Of a DNA stretch of 64,000 bases, positions 9,969 to 20,201 are shown piece by piece. Origin of the DNA: Flavobacteriales bacterium. Lineage in GTDB: Bacteria; Bacteroidota; Bacteroidia; NS11-12g; UBA9320. Both the position numbers and the translations under genes were made by a program. The notes under the pieces are model-generated. The model did no database searches. It had not been told where the DNA came from and saw nothing but the letters and a program-made list of their open reading frames with translations. The stretch is from assembly GCA_020635355.1 (NCBI GenBank), contig JACJZW010000012.1, forward strand, positions 40,836 through 104,835, written 5' to 3'. How positions within the stretch are numbered: position 1 is the first letter of the stretch; every line of letters starts with the position of its first letter.

Positions 9969-10658
9969 ATGAAATTTGGCGTTGTAATTTTCCCCGGCTC
10001 AAACTGTGACATGGATTTGATTCATGTTCTGACGGATGTTAGCGGACAAAAGGTCGAAGAGCTTTGGCATAAAGACACCGACCTCAAAGGCTGTGATTTT
10101 GTCTTTTTACCCGGTGGATTTTCTTACGGTGATTATCTCCGTAGTGGAGCCATTGCCAAGTTAAGCCCGATTATGAAATCGGTTCAGGAGCATGCTGCGA
10201 AGGGCGGATTTGTAATGGGTATTTGTAACGGATTCCAAATTTTATGTGAATCAGGTTTGTTGCCAGGAGCCCTGCTTCGAAATGAGGATCAGCTCTTTAT
10301 TTGCGATAATGTTTACCTGCGAACCGAAACCAATAATGCAGCGGTTACCCGTGGTTTGCCATCCAATGCAGTGGTTAAAATTCCTATCGCACATGCCGAG
10401 GGTAGATATTACGCCGATGACGCAACCATCCAGTCGCTGAAGGACAATGATCAGATCCTATTCCGGTACTGCGAAGAAGATGGAACCACCTCAACTTCGT
10501 CCAATCCGAATGGATCGGTTGAAAACATTGCCGGTATTTGCAATGCCAGAAGAAATGTTTTCGGAATGATGCCTCACCCGGAACGTGCTGCGAGTGAATA
10601 CCTCTTTAATAAAGATGGACTCGCCATGTTTGAAGGCATTCTCAGCGCAACCGTCTGA
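9969..10658 (+). CDS. purQ: phosphoribosylformylglycinamidine synthase, glutaminase subunit
   Basis: MKFGVVIFPGSNCDMD, the GICNGFQIL nucleophile elbow and a C-terminal MPHPER motif. Confidence 0.9.
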   Translation: MKFGVVIFPGSNCDMDLIHVLTDVSGQKVEELWHKDTDLKGCDFVFLPGGFSYGDYLRSGAIAKLSPIMKSVQEHAAKGGFVMGICNGFQILCESGLLPGALLRNEDQLFICDNVYLRTETNNAAVTRGLPSNAVVKIPIAHAEGRYYADDATIQSLKDNDQILFRYCEEDGTTSTSSNPNGSVENIAGICNARRNVFGMMPHPERAASEYLFNKDGLAMFEGILSATV

Positions 10659-10773
10659 AACCCAGACACACCCCATATTTCTTAACTTGTACTTAATATT
10701 AGACGCTGTTGGTAGCTCAATTCGCGTAATGGGTTGATTTTCTTCAAATTTGACTCATAAATAAACGTTAAAG

Positions 10774-11283
10774 ATGCAATTGGAATTGGGAATGTACCGG
10801 ACAACAAAAGGGTTTAAGAATAATCATAAGTCCACCGAGTTAGTGTGTGAGAATTGCAAAGCGCATTTTCTTGCCAATCGAAGAAACGCGCGATTTTGCA
10901 GCTCCAGTTGCCGCTCACAGTTTTGGTTGAATAAGAACGATAAGAAGGTGATTACGCTTGCCGTTCCAGCCGACATCGATGAAAACTACCTGAACGAAGT
11001 GCGTCAGATGCTTCTTAACTATAAGAAGAAGGACAAAAACGCACCGGCCATATCCGCCAACAGCCGGTCTGAAGCCACCACTCCTATAGTTAAGGCAGCC
11101 CAACCCATTCGAGAGACCCGTTTATTTGAACATGTTGCTGACCTTCAGAATTACCTTGAAGATGCTGGGTACGACGATTATAAAATCCCCAAAATCGACA
11201 ATGGAATTTACTACGACGAGGGGTTAACCATCAAGAAAACCGAAGAGGGCTGGGAAACCAGAATCACCCAAAAAGCGGGATAA
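10774..11283 (+). CDS. hypothetical protein with an N-terminal zinc-ribbon
   Basis: CENCKAHF...FCSSSCRSQFW gives a CxxC...CxxxC pattern. No family recognised. Confidence 0.4.
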   Translation: MQLELGMYRTTKGFKNNHKSTELVCENCKAHFLANRRNARFCSSSCRSQFWLNKNDKKVITLAVPADIDENYLNEVRQMLLNYKKKDKNAPAISANSRSEATTPIVKAAQPIRETRLFEHVADLQNYLEDAGYDDYKIPKIDNGIYYDEGLTIKKTEEGWETRITQKAG

Positions 11284-11285
11284 AC

Positions 11286-12350
11286 CTATTCGTAGGTAAG
11301 CTTTACGCGGCTGCTGGTAGGATGTGATTGACACGTCAACACGTATCCTTCATCAATCTCCGCATCACTTAAACCTTCACGCTCATCCATGCGAACGGTG
11401 CCTTCGTGCACTTTTGCCCGACAGGTGGTGCAAACGCCTACCGTACATGAAAATGGGGGATCCATACCAGCTTCCTGGGCGGCTTCCAAAATGGTTTGAT
11501 TCGGTTTAACCGTCACGTCCATTTCATCACCAAACAGGTCAATGGTCACAATCTTTTCACTTCCATCGTCTTCCACAACAGTGGATTTTGCCTCATCTGA
11601 TTTTACCGCAGCAAAATATTCGAGGTGAATATGCGATCCGGGAATCCCCATATTCTCCAGGCTTGATTTTACCAACTGCATCAATCCGCCAGGTCCACAG
11701 ATGTAATATTCTGCTTCAGCGATACGGGTTTCATTCATTTTCACCAGCTGATTGACCTTCATCTCATTCAGCATGCCTTTCAAACCGGTCCACTCCGGTC
11801 CGGCTTCATCCAAAACATGGATGATTTTGAAACGGGATGCATAGGTTTGTTCGAGAGTGTCCAGGGCTTCGCGAAAGATGATGGAAGCCTCATCGCGGTT
11901 GGCATAGATCAACGTAATCTTACTGTTGGGCTCTTTTAACAGAACCGACATCAGAATAGACTTTAATGGAGTTATGCCACTACCTCCGCCAAACAGTATA
12001 AAATGGCGTTGAGCCTGATCATTCAGGTCAACGGTAAAATTTCCCATTGGAGGCATGGCTTCAATAAGATCCCCCTCCTGTAATTGTCTGTTGAGAAAGG
12101 TACTCATGCGTCCATTCTCTACCTCCTTAACCGCAACGGTTGGCATATCGTCAACGTACGGACTTTCACATACGGAGTATGACCTACGAATTTCTTCACC
12201 GTTGATGGTGGCATGTAAGGTCAGATATTGTCCGGCCCGATAGGTGAACAGATTTTTAAGCGGTGGGGGAACCAGAAATCGTATTTGAACGGCTTCCGGA
12301 GTCTCCCGGATAATTTTATCAACTTTAAGTCGGTAGAATCCAGCTGGCAT
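11286..12350 (-). CDS. PaaE/PaaK-like ferredoxin-NAD(P) reductase with a C-terminal 2Fe-2S ferredoxin domain
   Basis: FAD motif RSYSV, NAD motif FGGGSGITP, and a plant-type ferredoxin Cys cluster (CTVGVCTTC...C). No other paa genes are in the window. Confidence 0.75.
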   Translation of the reverse strand: MPAGFYRLKVDKIIRETPEAVQIRFLVPPPLKNLFTYRAGQYLTLHATINGEEIRRSYSVCESPYVDDMPTVAVKEVENGRMSTFLNRQLQEGDLIEAMPPMGNFTVDLNDQAQRHFILFGGGSGITPLKSILMSVLLKEPNSKITLIYANRDEASIIFREALDTLEQTYASRFKIIHVLDEAGPEWTGLKGMLNEMKVNQLVKMNETRIAEAEYYICGPGGLMQLVKSSLENMGIPGSHIHLEYFAAVKSDEAKSTVVEDDGSEKIVTIDLFGDEMDVTVKPNQTILEAAQEAGMDPPFSCTVGVCTTCRAKVHEGTVRMDEREGLSDAEIDEGYVLTCQSHPTSSRVKLTYE

Positions 12351-12358
12351 AATGATTT

Positions 12359-13375
12359 TCAGACATCAACAGATGCCGCATTTACAAGTTTGTTTTCGTA
12401 TAAATATTCGGCGATTTGAACTGCGTTGGTTGCAGCACCTTTTCGAAGGTTATCACTCACCACCCACATATTCAGGGCATTTTCTTCACTTTCGTCCCGT
12501 CTGATACGGCCTACAAAAACCTCGTTTTTCCCGCGGGCGTAAAATGGCATCGGGTAGATGTTGTTTTGAACGTCGTCCTGCACCACCACACCCGGCATAC
12601 TGCCGATGTCCTGTCGCACCGTTTCCAGATCAAAACTCTTCTTCAAACGAACATTGATGGACTCAGAATGCCCTCCCGATACCGGTACACGAACAGCGGT
12701 GGCCGTGATTCGGAGAGAAGGATCGCCTAAAATTTTACGCGTTTCGTTCACGAGTTTCATCTCCTCCTTAGTGTATCCGTTTTCCGTAAACACATCACAA
12801 TGTGGAAGACAATTCTTATCGATCCGATATGGGTATGGGCCTTCGGCCGATTGCTGATCGTTTGCGCGTTCATAATCCATTTGATCAACGGCAGCATAGC
12901 CGGTACCCGAAACCGATTGATAGGTGGATATCACGAGGCGATCGATACCATACTTGTCCTGCAAGGGTTTCAACGCCATTACCATCTGAATGGTTGAACA
13001 GTTTGGGTTGGCTATGATAAAGTCAGTTTCCGTTAACTCGTTGGCGTTAATTTCCGGAACGATGAGTTTGTGATTGGGACTCATTCTCCAGGCGGATGAA
13101 TTATCGATCACAAATACAGAACGCTCAGCAAAGCGGGGTGCCCACTCTAATGACGATTCTGAACCCGCAGAAAAAATGGCTATATCGATGTCGCGATTTA
13201 TGGCATCTTCCAGCGTAGTGCATGTGTACTCCTTCCCACGCAACATCACCTTCTTGCCGGCCGACTTCTCACTGGCAACCGGTATCAGTTCAGATACGGG
13301 AAGCGTACTGTTTTCCAATACGGCGAGCATTTCAGTTCCAACCATTCCGGTTGCTCCGACAAGGGCTATTTTCAT
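12359..13375 (-). CDS. asd: aspartate-semialdehyde dehydrogenase
   Basis: MKIALVGATGMVG Rossmann N-terminus and the active-site context NPNCSTIQ. 338 aa. Confidence 0.9.
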   Translation of the reverse strand: MKIALVGATGMVGTEMLAVLENSTLPVSELIPVASEKSAGKKVMLRGKEYTCTTLEDAINRDIDIAIFSAGSESSLEWAPRFAERSVFVIDNSSAWRMSPNHKLIVPEINANELTETDFIIANPNCSTIQMVMALKPLQDKYGIDRLVISTYQSVSGTGYAAVDQMDYERANDQQSAEGPYPYRIDKNCLPHCDVFTENGYTKEEMKLVNETRKILGDPSLRITATAVRVPVSGGHSESINVRLKKSFDLETVRQDIGSMPGVVVQDDVQNNIYPMPFYARGKNEVFVGRIRRDESEENALNMWVVSDNLRKGAATNAVQIAEYLYENKLVNAASVDV

Positions 13376-13431
13376 AGGGTTTTAAATTTCGTGCAAAGAA
13401 AACGCTTTCCGTTCAAAGGATCAGCGAAAGA

Positions 13432-14292
13432 TCAGATATCAAGCACCTCAGCCTCTTGTTTCCAATTGGAGGTGCGGCCCATGGCGTTAACAATGCGCGC
13501 CAAATCAGGTAACATTTCCTCAAATTGATCGAGATAGAGGGATTGTGGCCCGTCCGATAAGGCTTTTTCGGGATGATCGTGAACTTCAATCATTAACCCG
13601 TCAGCACCTGATGCAACAGCACTCATGGAGGCCGGTTTAATCAGATCCCGATTGCCAGTTGCCTGTGAAGGGTCGGCCAATACCGGTAGATGCGACAATT
13701 CCTTGGCCAGTGCAATAGCAACCGTGTCCAGGGTATTTCGTGTGGAATCGTCGAATGTCCGTATTCCGCGTTCGCACAAAATAACCTGTTCATTGCCACC
13801 GAGCAACAGATATTCAGCAGCCAAAAGCCACTCCTCAACCGTGGCATCCATTCCCCGTTTGAGCAGGATTGGTTTACGTGTTTTACCCAGCTCTTTAAGG
13901 AAATGGTAATTTTTCATGTTCCTTGATCCCACTTGCAGGATATCGGCGTAGGGATACACAGTTTCCAATAGACTAAGATCCATGACTTCGGTTACCACAC
14001 CCAGCGAATACCGATCGGCCACGTTTCGCATCAATTTCAATCCGGGTTCCTTCAGACCCTGGAAACTGTAGGGCGATGTTCGTGGCTTGTAGGCACCACC
14101 ACGCAACAACCCAACGCCAAGCTGACTTATGGTTCGCGCAATAACCTCAATTTGTTCTTCGGATTCTACGGCACACGGACCGGCAATCATGACAACTTCG
14201 TCACCTCCGATTCGGATATTTCCAACGTCTACAATTGTAGATGAGGCTTTGGATTTTCTAGCCGCCAGCTTATATGACTGGTTTGAATTCAA
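13432..14292 (-). CDS. 3-deoxy-7-phosphoheptulonate (DAHP) synthase, type I-beta
   Basis: IAGPCAVESEEQ, LRGGAYKPRTSPYSFQGL, ILQVGSRNMKN and LADPSQATG motifs. The start is TTG with no nearby ATG, so it is uncertain. No fused chorismate mutase domain is evident. Confidence 0.85.
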   Translation of the reverse strand: MNSNQSYKLAARKSKASSTIVDVGNIRIGGDEVVMIAGPCAVESEEQIEVIARTISQLGVGLLRGGAYKPRTSPYSFQGLKEPGLKLMRNVADRYSLGVVTEVMDLSLLETVYPYADILQVGSRNMKNYHFLKELGKTRKPILLKRGMDATVEEWLLAAEYLLLGGNEQVILCERGIRTFDDSTRNTLDTVAIALAKELSHLPVLADPSQATGNRDLIKPASMSAVASGADGLMIEVHDHPEKALSDGPQSLYLDQFEEMLPDLARIVNAMGRTSNWKQEAEVLDI

Positions 14293-14329
14293 GTCTCAAA
14301 CTTTTTGCAAATAAAACACCATCTTTTCA

Positions 14330-15715
14330 TTAAAGTTTGGTGTACGTGACTTTCAATCGGATGTTTTTCTCCGTTTGATTGTTCTTCGTATCCAGAACCA
14401 ATCGGGATGGGGTAATGGGGTTGTCAGAAGGGATGATCACATACAGACCACGGTTATCCATGTTGCCATTTAAAACAGCATCATCCAGCAATCCCTGAAG
14501 GTGTCGGTTAAGATGGAAGGTGTAGGTACGTCCATCGGAGTTTAACTCCCCACCATAATTGGTGTAACCACTCCAGGCTGAGCTTGGTGGTGCGATCAGA
14601 TCAATCAAGTCCAGGATAAGTTTGTTGGACCCTGTACCATCGGCATTCACCGGTTGAAGCAACAGCAATCTCTCCGGAGCTGGATAGGTCTCTGTAGCGG
14701 AACCATTGGCAACGGTGAGGGTAAGCTTTGCTTCATTGATCAGAATCTGTTCACCATTCTTAACCAATTCAAATAAGTCTGGGATTTCAATCTTAATCTT
14801 ACTCATACCCATGGATTGCAGGTACGTTTCATCGAAATGCGTTCCTGGTGAGTTGAATTGATTGGTGAGGTTTGCAGATGGATCACTGATGGTATAATGC
14901 ATCATTCGCTCCGATTGATCCGTAATTGGAAATTCTTTTTTCAGTGTATCACTGAAGTACACCGATAGCTTACTGAGACTTGAATTCAAGTCAAGTGGAG
15001 AAATATAACCCGATCCGGAGCTGAGACCGCTGGAACGCGGAACGAGCGCAATTCCATTGAGGAAATTTAGGAAAGACTCATTGCTACCATAGGCGCCGGC
15101 AGTGAAGAACGACTCACCAAATGCCTGACTCAGTTTGATGCGAATCAGACCTCGTTCTTTTTGAAGTGTTCCGTTTTCGTTAAACCAGGTGGTGTCATCC
15201 GGGTTGAGTTTGCCGGTGTATGTTCCCAATAAGCTTCCAACAGCTGGCTGATAATTGGAGTAGTATCGGTTATCTTCATTTAACAGTTCCTGAAGTTGAA
15301 ATACATCAACGGTCACGTTGGAATTAACATCGCCGTATCCGGGTATGTCACCATCAAGTGCAATGGAGAGCACAACAGAATCCAGCGAGGGATTGGTTCC
15401 AAAATCGATGTTGATTTCCTGAAGCAGGCACTGGGTATACACGCTGGAAGAGGTCGTGCCAAACACCGGATCATTGATCGCTCCCAAAATGGTAGAACTC
15501 AATGAATCCACGCGGATGGAATCTTCGCGTACAGCATAGGTTCGGATTTCAAATGAATCCGTAACCTGTCCTTTGAATTGATCTGTGTTCGGCAAAAGGT
15601 CGAAGCCTATTTCATCTTCATACTTTTTGCAGGAGGAGAGTGTAGCGCAGAGAGATAAAAAGAAGGCTGCCACATGGACAGCCTTGAAGTTAGTTTTGCG
15701 CCAGAATGTTGTCAT
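14330..15715 (-). CDS. DUF4270-like lipoprotein
   Basis: The internal ATG at 15715 gives MTTFWRKTNFKAVHVAAFFLSLCATLSSCKK, a signal peptide plus lipobox. It lies downstream of the glycogen-synthase-like gene, the usual DUF4270 synteny. The longer listed ORF overlaps that gene. Confidence 0.6.
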   Translation of the reverse strand: MTTFWRKTNFKAVHVAAFFLSLCATLSSCKKYEDEIGFDLLPNTDQFKGQVTDSFEIRTYAVREDSIRVDSLSSTILGAINDPVFGTTSSSVYTQCLLQEINIDFGTNPSLDSVVLSIALDGDIPGYGDVNSNVTVDVFQLQELLNEDNRYYSNYQPAVGSLLGTYTGKLNPDDTTWFNENGTLQKERGLIRIKLSQAFGESFFTAGAYGSNESFLNFLNGIALVPRSSGLSSGSGYISPLDLNSSLSKLSVYFSDTLKKEFPITDQSERMMHYTISDPSANLTNQFNSPGTHFDETYLQSMGMSKIKIEIPDLFELVKNGEQILINEAKLTLTVANGSATETYPAPERLLLLQPVNADGTGSNKLILDLIDLIAPPSSAWSGYTNYGGELNSDGRTYTFHLNRHLQGLLDDAVLNGNMDNRGLYVIIPSDNPITPSRLVLDTKNNQTEKNIRLKVTYTKL

Positions 15716-16508
15716 AGAATTCCGTGTATTCTTCGGCAATATTATCGCCCCGGTGTTCGAGGACTGGCTTGGTACCATCGTTCTGGAGATGACTGGCAAC
15801 CTGAGGATCCAGTGTGTCCGCACAGTTAACAATGGCGTCTGAATGCGTGATGGCTCCAATGTACAAACTAGAGCAATCGCCGTTTTCAAATGGTTTCATG
15901 TGCTCGTCTGTAATGTGGTTCAGACTCGCTTTACGGGTGAAGTCATTACCAAGTGAGTCTTGATATTCCTTGTTGAATACGCTGTAAACAATTTTCGCAT
16001 TCTGGAATACCGGCTCATCGCGATAAATGGTTTTGAGGTAAAGTGGAATCAAACTGGTCATCCAACCGTGACAGTGAATTATGTCCGGGTACCATCCAAG
16101 TTTCTTTACCGTTTCAAGAGCCCCTTTGCAGAAGAAGATGGTTCGCTCATCATTGTCCGCAAAGAATTCATCATTCTCATCGCTGTAAACATGCTTGCGG
16201 TGAAAGTAATCCTCGTTGTCAAGGAAGTACACCTGCATCTTTGTGCTTGGGATTGACGCGACCTTAATGGTCAGTGGGTTGTCGTTGTCATCAATGGTAA
16301 TGTTCATTCCAGACAATCGAACAACTTCATGAAGTCGGTTACGACGTTCGTTAATAACTCCAAATCGTGGTACAAGAATCCTCACCTCATTGTCCTGCTC
16401 CTGAACAGCCTGCGGCAGCATGCGTGCAATGTCCGACAAAGCGTTACTTTCCAAAAAAGGACTCATTTCCGAAGAAATGAATAATACTTTCTTCTTGTTG
16501 TTTTCCAT
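15690..16508 (-). CDS. short glycogen/starch synthase-like protein (GT5 N-terminal domain only)
   Basis: KVLFISSEMSPFLE N-terminus and a HCHGWMTSLIP motif. It is 272 aa and divergent from panC, as in many Bacteroidota. Confidence 0.7.
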   Translation of the reverse strand: MENNKKKVLFISSEMSPFLESNALSDIARMLPQAVQEQDNEVRILVPRFGVINERRNRLHEVVRLSGMNITIDDNDNPLTIKVASIPSTKMQVYFLDNEDYFHRKHVYSDENDEFFADNDERTIFFCKGALETVKKLGWYPDIIHCHGWMTSLIPLYLKTIYRDEPVFQNAKIVYSVFNKEYQDSLGNDFTRKASLNHITDEHMKPFENGDCSSLYIGAITHSDAIVNCADTLDPQVASHLQNDGTKPVLEHRGDNIAEEYTEFYDNILAQN

Positions 16509-16604
16509 AAAAGAGTGTGATTACTAATGCTTGTGCAAAGATACCGCCTAAAATCCGCACATTTGCCCCCGGCACAACTTGTATTTCTAATATAATTTTC
16601 GTAC

Positions 16605-17465
16605 ATGAAGGTGTTCAAGTCCGCTCTATTGCTGCATTCAGAGCTCGCCAATCAACGGAAAATGGGTCGATCAATCGGCTTCGTTCCTACCATGGGGGCA
16701 CTGCATGAAGGCCATCTTGCTTTGGTAGAACGCGCCAGGGAGGGAAATGATACAGTGGTGTGCAGCATTTTTGTCAATCCACGGCAATTTAACGATGCTC
16801 AGGACCTGCAAGCCTACCCAAGGTCAATAGAGGACGACATGGAGAAGTTGATGGCGGCTCAGGTGGATATATTGTTCCTTCCAGAATACGCAGATGTATA
16901 CGGAGCGGATGATGTACATGAAACGATAGATCTGAACGGTTTGGATCATGTGTTGGAAGGGAGGCAGCGCCCGGGTCATTTTCAAGGTGTGGCTCAGGTT
17001 GTCAAGCGTTTCTTTGAACAGGTTCAACCCAACCGAGCCTATTTTGGCCAGAAGGATTTTCAGCAAACGGTGGTGATTCGTCGGCTCCTCAATCTGCATT
17101 TCCCGGATATCCAGCTAGTGGTTTGCCCCATTATTCGCGAATCCAACGGTTTGGCCATGTCGTCGCGAAATGAACGGCTAAGCACAGATGGGCGTAACAA
17201 GGCCGGTTTTATCTTTCATACCCTTTTGAGATTGCGGGAACGATGTCATTTCAAAAGCCTTCAGGAGTCACTGGAAATTAGTCGTGACTACCTTCAATCA
17301 AAAAAGGGAGTCACATTGGAATATTTAGAGGCTGTGGATGGACTTACTATGAAAACTGTACAGGATCTGGAGGATGCCTCCAACATCGTGGCCGTTGTTG
17401 TGGTACAATTTGAAGGCGTTCGATTGCTGGATAACATCATCCTCAAAAACGCTGCCGGGAACTAA
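16605..17465 (+). CDS. panC: pantoate--beta-alanine ligase
   Basis: GFVPTMGALHEGHLALV (HIGH-like motif) and FGQKDFQQ motifs. 286 aa. Confidence 0.9.
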   Translation: MKVFKSALLLHSELANQRKMGRSIGFVPTMGALHEGHLALVERAREGNDTVVCSIFVNPRQFNDAQDLQAYPRSIEDDMEKLMAAQVDILFLPEYADVYGADDVHETIDLNGLDHVLEGRQRPGHFQGVAQVVKRFFEQVQPNRAYFGQKDFQQTVVIRRLLNLHFPDIQLVVCPIIRESNGLAMSSRNERLSTDGRNKAGFIFHTLLRLRERCHFKSLQESLEISRDYLQSKKGVTLEYLEAVDGLTMKTVQDLEDASNIVAVVVVQFEGVRLLDNIILKNAAGN

Positions 17466-18768
17466 ACGATCTGTCCGGTCCGTCCAGCACCCATTCAGAT
17501 CGCCTGAACGGATGCCATGATGCTTTAGCCATGTTATAGGTTGGGTCAATCATATCTTGAGCTTCGCGATAATTCAAGCTCACCCTGGAACGCACATAGA
17601 TCTCTGCCTCATCACCATAAATACGCTTCAAGCGTTGACAATACTGCCAGATTAAATCCGGGTGAGTGGGCAGCATGCCGGCCTGGTGCTCTGAAAGATC
17701 GGCCTGATGATCGTGGAATGTTCGATTTCCGTCTTGATCCACAATGGTGAACCGGATGTAGCCGGATTTGGATCGAAGCATCATCCGCCAGCTCAATCGG
17801 TGGCCTTCCTCTGTCCAAAGCACATCGCCCGGAATAAGATGATGTCTCAGTGGTAAGGCAATTTGAAGTAGAAAGAATAAACTGTAAAAGATGAGGATCA
17901 AACGAGTATTTCCGGTTGGCCGAGTGGTGCTTGATAGGTTGGGCTTCAAACGAAATCGTTTGGTCAAGACAGATTCCGGATAGAAAAAAACCGCCGATGC
18001 GATCATCATATATGGAAAGGTCCCGATTTGAAAGGTGATGGAATTGGTCACATGAAAGAATATGCCTATCACAAAGGCAGCGTTGCGGGTAGGTTTATAT
18101 ATTAAGGCGGGAATCACTAGAAAATCAAAGGCTATTCCGCCCCACGCCACCAGATACTTCGTGTAGGCCCATCTGTAAAATCCACCAATCACTGGAAAAT
18201 CGTGTTTGGGTTTGAACCACTCCTCGATGAGAACACCATGCAGCCAATCTGGGTAAAGTTTCGCCATGGCAGCATAGGTATAAACAATGAAGAGTAGGGC
18301 AACGAATTGATAGTGATATATGCCGGGTATCGAATTGGTGCGCTTAGCTGATCCTTTTCTGGAATCCAGACTGAGATTGACAACTGCCGGAGAAATCGTC
18401 ATCAGGATGCAGATCAATCCCATCAAGTAATGATGATTGTTGTAACTCACCTTATGCATTAGATAGGTCCACCACCACAGTACCGTGAAGAGGCTCATCA
18501 TCCACCGGTACTTCCATCCCAGGGTAATGCCAACGGCCAACAGGCCCATCACGATATATATCCCATATAGGTGATAACCCGGTGAACAATTCATCCAGTC
18601 AAACCCAATAAAATTAAATGAAGCCACAGGAGGGGTGATGAACAATAAATGGGTATAACCCACCAGGATAGACCCAAAACATTCCACTATGAGAACTATG
18701 CCAAATAGAATTCTCCAAAGCGACAATGGAATAGAGGATACGGGCTTAAAAAGGAATTCTCGGATCAT
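17443..18768 (-). CDS. HTTM domain protein (vitamin K-dependent gamma-carboxylase homologue)
   Basis: Polytopic N-terminal region. A WTEEGHRLSWRMMLRSKSG segment resembles the GGCX YSWDMMVHSR region, and a lumenal-like C-terminus follows. Confidence 0.6.
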   Translation of the reverse strand: MIREFLFKPVSSIPLSLWRILFGIVLIVECFGSILVGYTHLLFITPPVASFNFIGFDWMNCSPGYHLYGIYIVMGLLAVGITLGWKYRWMMSLFTVLWWWTYLMHKVSYNNHHYLMGLICILMTISPAVVNLSLDSRKGSAKRTNSIPGIYHYQFVALLFIVYTYAAMAKLYPDWLHGVLIEEWFKPKHDFPVIGGFYRWAYTKYLVAWGGIAFDFLVIPALIYKPTRNAAFVIGIFFHVTNSITFQIGTFPYMMIASAVFFYPESVLTKRFRLKPNLSSTTRPTGNTRLILIFYSLFFLLQIALPLRHHLIPGDVLWTEEGHRLSWRMMLRSKSGYIRFTIVDQDGNRTFHDHQADLSEHQAGMLPTHPDLIWQYCQRLKRIYGDEAEIYVRSRVSLNYREAQDMIDPTYNMAKASWHPFRRSEWVLDGPDRSFSSRQRF

Positions 18769-18860
18769 GGTTATCAGTAGTCCGAAGTACGTGATTTCAA
18801 GTCAGATTTTCACGCTAGCGTACGTGTCCCTATGGCTTTGTGCTTGAACGTATAGGACAT

Positions 18861-18894
18861 AAAAAAGCCTGCCATCCAAGAGGAAGGCAGGCTT
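18861..18894 (-). terminator. rho-independent terminator after the sod gene
   Basis: On the minus strand, AAGCCTGCC-ttcctcttggat-GGCAGGCTT is followed by TTTTTT. Confidence 0.7.
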
Positions 18895-18915
18895 GGTTAA
18901 GTTAATTTCTGACGG

Positions 18916-19515
18916 TTATTTGGCAGCGGCCAATCGGCGTGCAACTTCATCCCAGTTTACGACATTCCAGAATGCGGAAATGTAATCGGGGCGACGATTC
19001 TGATAGTTCAGGTAATACGCGTGCTCCCATACATCCAGTCCGAGGATGGGAGTGCCCTTGCAGCCAGCACCCATGATCGGGTTGTCCTGGTTTGCTGTAG
19101 AGCATACACACAGTTTTCCATCGCACCAGCACAACCAGGCCCATCCGGATCCGAATTGAGTAGCTGCGGCGTTTGAAAAGGCTTCTTTAAAGGCGTCAAA
19201 ACTTCCAAAGGCCGAGTTAATTTCATTGGCCAGATCACCTGTTGGTGCTCCGCCACCGTTTGGTGACATGATGGTCCAGAACAACGAGTGGTTATAGTGC
19301 CCACCGCCATTATTTCGAACGGCACCATTGTCGTGATGGTTGCGTAAAAGGTCTTCCAATGACTTGCCTTCCATATCGGTTCCTTCAACCGCAGCATTCA
19401 ATTTTGCTACGTAACCGGCATGGTGTTTTCCATGATGAATCTCCATGGTACGGGCATCAATATTTGGTTCAAGTGCGTTGTGCGCATAGGGAAGCGCAGG
19501 TAGTTCAAATGACAT
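18916..19515 (-). CDS. Fe/Mn superoxide dismutase
   Basis: [28 protein letters not shown] and DVWEHAYYL metal-ligand motifs. 199 aa. Confidence 0.95.
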   Translation of the reverse strand: MSFELPALPYAHNALEPNIDARTMEIHHGKHHAGYVAKLNAAVEGTDMEGKSLEDLLRNHHDNGAVRNNGGGHYNHSLFWTIMSPNGGGAPTGDLANEINSAFGSFDAFKEAFSNAAATQFGSGWAWLCWCDGKLCVCSTANQDNPIMGAGCKGTPILGLDVWEHAYYLNYQNRRPDYISAFWNVVNWDEVARRLAAAK

Positions 19516-19618
19516 AGTGTTTTGTTTTAAGTTGACAAATTTAGGTTAGAAAAGTGCTTTTCATACCTTACACTTAACTTGCCCTATTGTTTGAAAATAG
19601 TGTATTATCATTTGTTAT

Positions 19619-20200
19619 ATGGATATCGATAACATCATTCAAGGAAGGCGATCCAGCTTTCCTGCCCAGTATTCGGGCGATAAAATCCCTGAGCGTGTGG
19701 TGCTCCATCTGCTTGAAAATGCCAATTGGGCCCCCACCCATTATCATACAGAACCATGGCGATTTAAAGTTTTTGCCGATGGCGGACTGAATAGGCTTAT
19801 GGATGCCTTGGCCGCTATTTACAAAGAGCGGACCCCTGAAGAGGCCTTCTCACAGGCAAAATTTGAAAAATATACCGATCGCAAATCGAAGGTTTCACAC
19901 GCCATAGTTATTGTGATGAAGAAAAGTCTCCGTCCGGATCTTCCGGAAGTGGAGGAAGTGTGTGCCACAGCTTGTGCCGTTCAGAACATGTGGCTAACCC
20001 TTGCCAACTACCCTCAATACGGAGGGTATTGGAGCACCGGTCATTTGGTCTATACCGATGAGTTTCGCGAGTTCCTGCATCTGGAGGAAGACGAGATGTG
20101 TCTGGGAATTTTTTATTTGGGAAGTCTCCGTGAAGATGCTCGCGAAATTCCGGGTAGGCGCGGAGATTGGAACGAAAAGGTAAGCTTTCAGTACAACTGA
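19619..20200 (+). CDS. nitroreductase family protein
   Basis: RRSSF...LLENANWAPTHYHTEPWRFKVF N-terminal nitroreductase signature. 193 aa. Confidence 0.7.
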   Translation: MDIDNIIQGRRSSFPAQYSGDKIPERVVLHLLENANWAPTHYHTEPWRFKVFADGGLNRLMDALAAIYKERTPEEAFSQAKFEKYTDRKSKVSHAIVIVMKKSLRPDLPEVEEVCATACAVQNMWLTLANYPQYGGYWSTGHLVYTDEFREFLHLEEDEMCLGIFYLGSLREDAREIPGRRGDWNEKVSFQYN

Positions 20201-20201
20201 T

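Noticed and set aside
11286-12350. Phenylacetate degradation (paa) cluster
   Set aside because: Only the PaaE/PaaK-like reductase is present and none of paaABCD is adjacent. I describe it generically as a ferredoxin-NAD(P) reductase and not as part of a paa operon.
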